Source: Nemertoderma westbladi (lineage: Eukaryota > Animalia > Xenacoelomorpha). Taken from it: DNA of 64,000 nt. A program made the position numbers and the translations under genes. How positions within the stretch are numbered: position 1 is the stretch's first letter; every line of letters starts with the position of its first letter. Positions 63,501 to 64,000 of the stretch are shown here, in pieces. The notes under the pieces were generated by a model. It made no database searches, was not told the DNA's origin, and saw only the letters and a program-made list of their open reading frames with translations. Location of the stretch: NCBI GenBank assembly GCA_032718475.1, contig JAUCBJ010009108.1:78971-142970 (forward strand), written 5' to 3'.

Positions 63501-63742
63501 CTAACCAGGTATTCAAAGACCCCAGGATTAGGAACAGAGTACCTCTCCATAAAACTCAAAGTAATCAAATGAGTATAATGGATGAGACTACAGCTAGTGG
63601 ACTTATAGTGGAAACTGACCCAAAACTTAATGTTACCATGGACCCCGTAGTCCCTATGCAAATTAACCACCATAAAACCCAGGTTTATAAAGATCCACGT
63701 ATCCGAGACAAGACTGTTGCGACCAACCCCAACCAGAACTAA
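60566..63742 (+). CDS. RPP21: RNase P Rpr2/RPP21-domain protein with a ~940-aa C-terminal extension (1058 aa from the first ATG)
   Basis: N-terminal ~115 aa: HLNYMVQSA..LSRKY..LSKKAVIRMDTDLKRMTCKHCHSLL..LTCHNCGNQK..LW, the Rpr2 CxxC..CxxC pattern. Uninterrupted 3.2-kb ORF. A strong splice acceptor (tttttcttttAG) ends at 60512. Confidence 0.85.
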   Translation: MALKKSVVKNISEQYHHLNYMVQSAALINSVDKYLSRKYMTLAHKLSKKAVIRMDTDLKRMTCKHCHSLLEAHVSATLRLRSGNRKHSVLTCHNCGNQKKIYYNNRPQELWSKNPLGAEIHEKQYVVKDHKESVNEGTLGKISKPGNGLNDKFNSDCNNIVVPASKEVDSLEHQYISLLNMYGKTKNLSALWDDFLEVLEQFKIRKLGLPCEIPSRLKSMLTAADKYAGLFVKNDAKDNIKVVNRTIDSMNLADVDPKMAMTSTFCHLWSDTTNVNLPLPPWLEVGSGSDGLPIPPKCRPPPLSFWSAMSCYPPEWKMHRNKINHPRMSDFAEFISIYEHNLERINHVDVEHPVSDTPTSPDPSAVIITSKSGLINPLDSSFEEQPSLSFAAEIVKTRLVCRNKIVQVDSQEDSMTLRYKTVPLPGPAPTEPQPLTYSGTVSDFGLAPLPDPIAAPPLPNDDRAPPPPSPIPSTDVTQMRDLNKTMKIPLDFDISNLYDNDFLYNSFDELPGLQIVEPEGFDVEFFTGKPEDSLPKSSLKNIQIGLTSPCQSTSKRRFSHLSPDYDTGPKKHRYSESEGISPGGCLQIVEPESYDSESPDGEHNGSYCKVSDNINKDIRVGEIGKENVASPRSEAKLNFAIEKGHYSLVQPESYDIGNEDPVKHNPQVGSDARHAVEKISLDSQNSPVRDLQNILKRECSSSNEFLEQCNSDKAENFGIVKPTGSEKALDDTNMVIATDVDIEVGLPFVGKQCNVDNIQGNIDQKMDSYSDNNGNSFKQDVDMRCSLDVDMRIPDIDMRLMSANNSHTINTESFTKESYGLNISNVVSHCNNRTIPDVSSEEVSGGWEAASCSWPSYVHRIDIPRSVIRTHWKEKRHQPRILEGNIVWEWQCKDIVPVDPRIASAEVRAKRNLERDAYNMKKYKIKSSHKEKNEMSKFLNSYLEPISFKPKGIVIAETIKEPRPAPYTEIVTDLVKKDANQVFKDPRIRNRVPLHKTQSNQMSIMDETTASGLIVETDPKLNVTMDPVVPMQINHHKTQVYKDPRIRDKTVATNPNQN

Positions 63743-64000
63743 CCAGGATTAATCCAAACACTTTTGTTGGTAATTTAGAAATATAAACTCCCACATTGAC
63801 TCGCATATTTTTATAAAAATTCCTTCAGTAACCGATGTTACATTGTCTTGGACTTTGTATTACCTATTTTGGTGAAAACTGCTGGTAAATTTGTCTAGAA
63901 AGAAAAACTAAAATTTAATACAATTTTATTTACTTATTTATGTACTAAAAAATAGTTAGTAGGCCTACGTGGTCGCTCTGACGGCGTTCAGGTAAAAATA

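Overview
AT-rich, repeat-dense eukaryotic (invertebrate animal, probably bilaterian) genomic window. I see no prokaryotic gene organisation, CRISPR array or rRNA. Most of the window is nested or decayed transposons. There are two nested IS3EU-type DDE transposons (3.2-13.1 kb), the inner one carrying an intron-containing, pseudogenised integrase. Other mobile DNA includes Tc1/mariner-, piggyBac- and MULE-type non-autonomous elements, three RTE-type LINE copies, a Penelope-like remnant, a Ty3/Gypsy remnant whose LTR has long inverted ends, a solo LTR, and a probable Polinton/Maverick terminus. A 7.9-kb 43-bp satellite is also present. Two long host-like reading frames stand out. One is an RNase P Rpr2/RPP21-domain protein (60566-63742) with a ~940-aa extension carrying DVDMR and DPR motifs. 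The other is a split Q/P-rich nuclear-type protein (17367-19654) that shares a WPxxxxxIDxP motif with it. All family calls come from manual motif recognition; no database searches were run.
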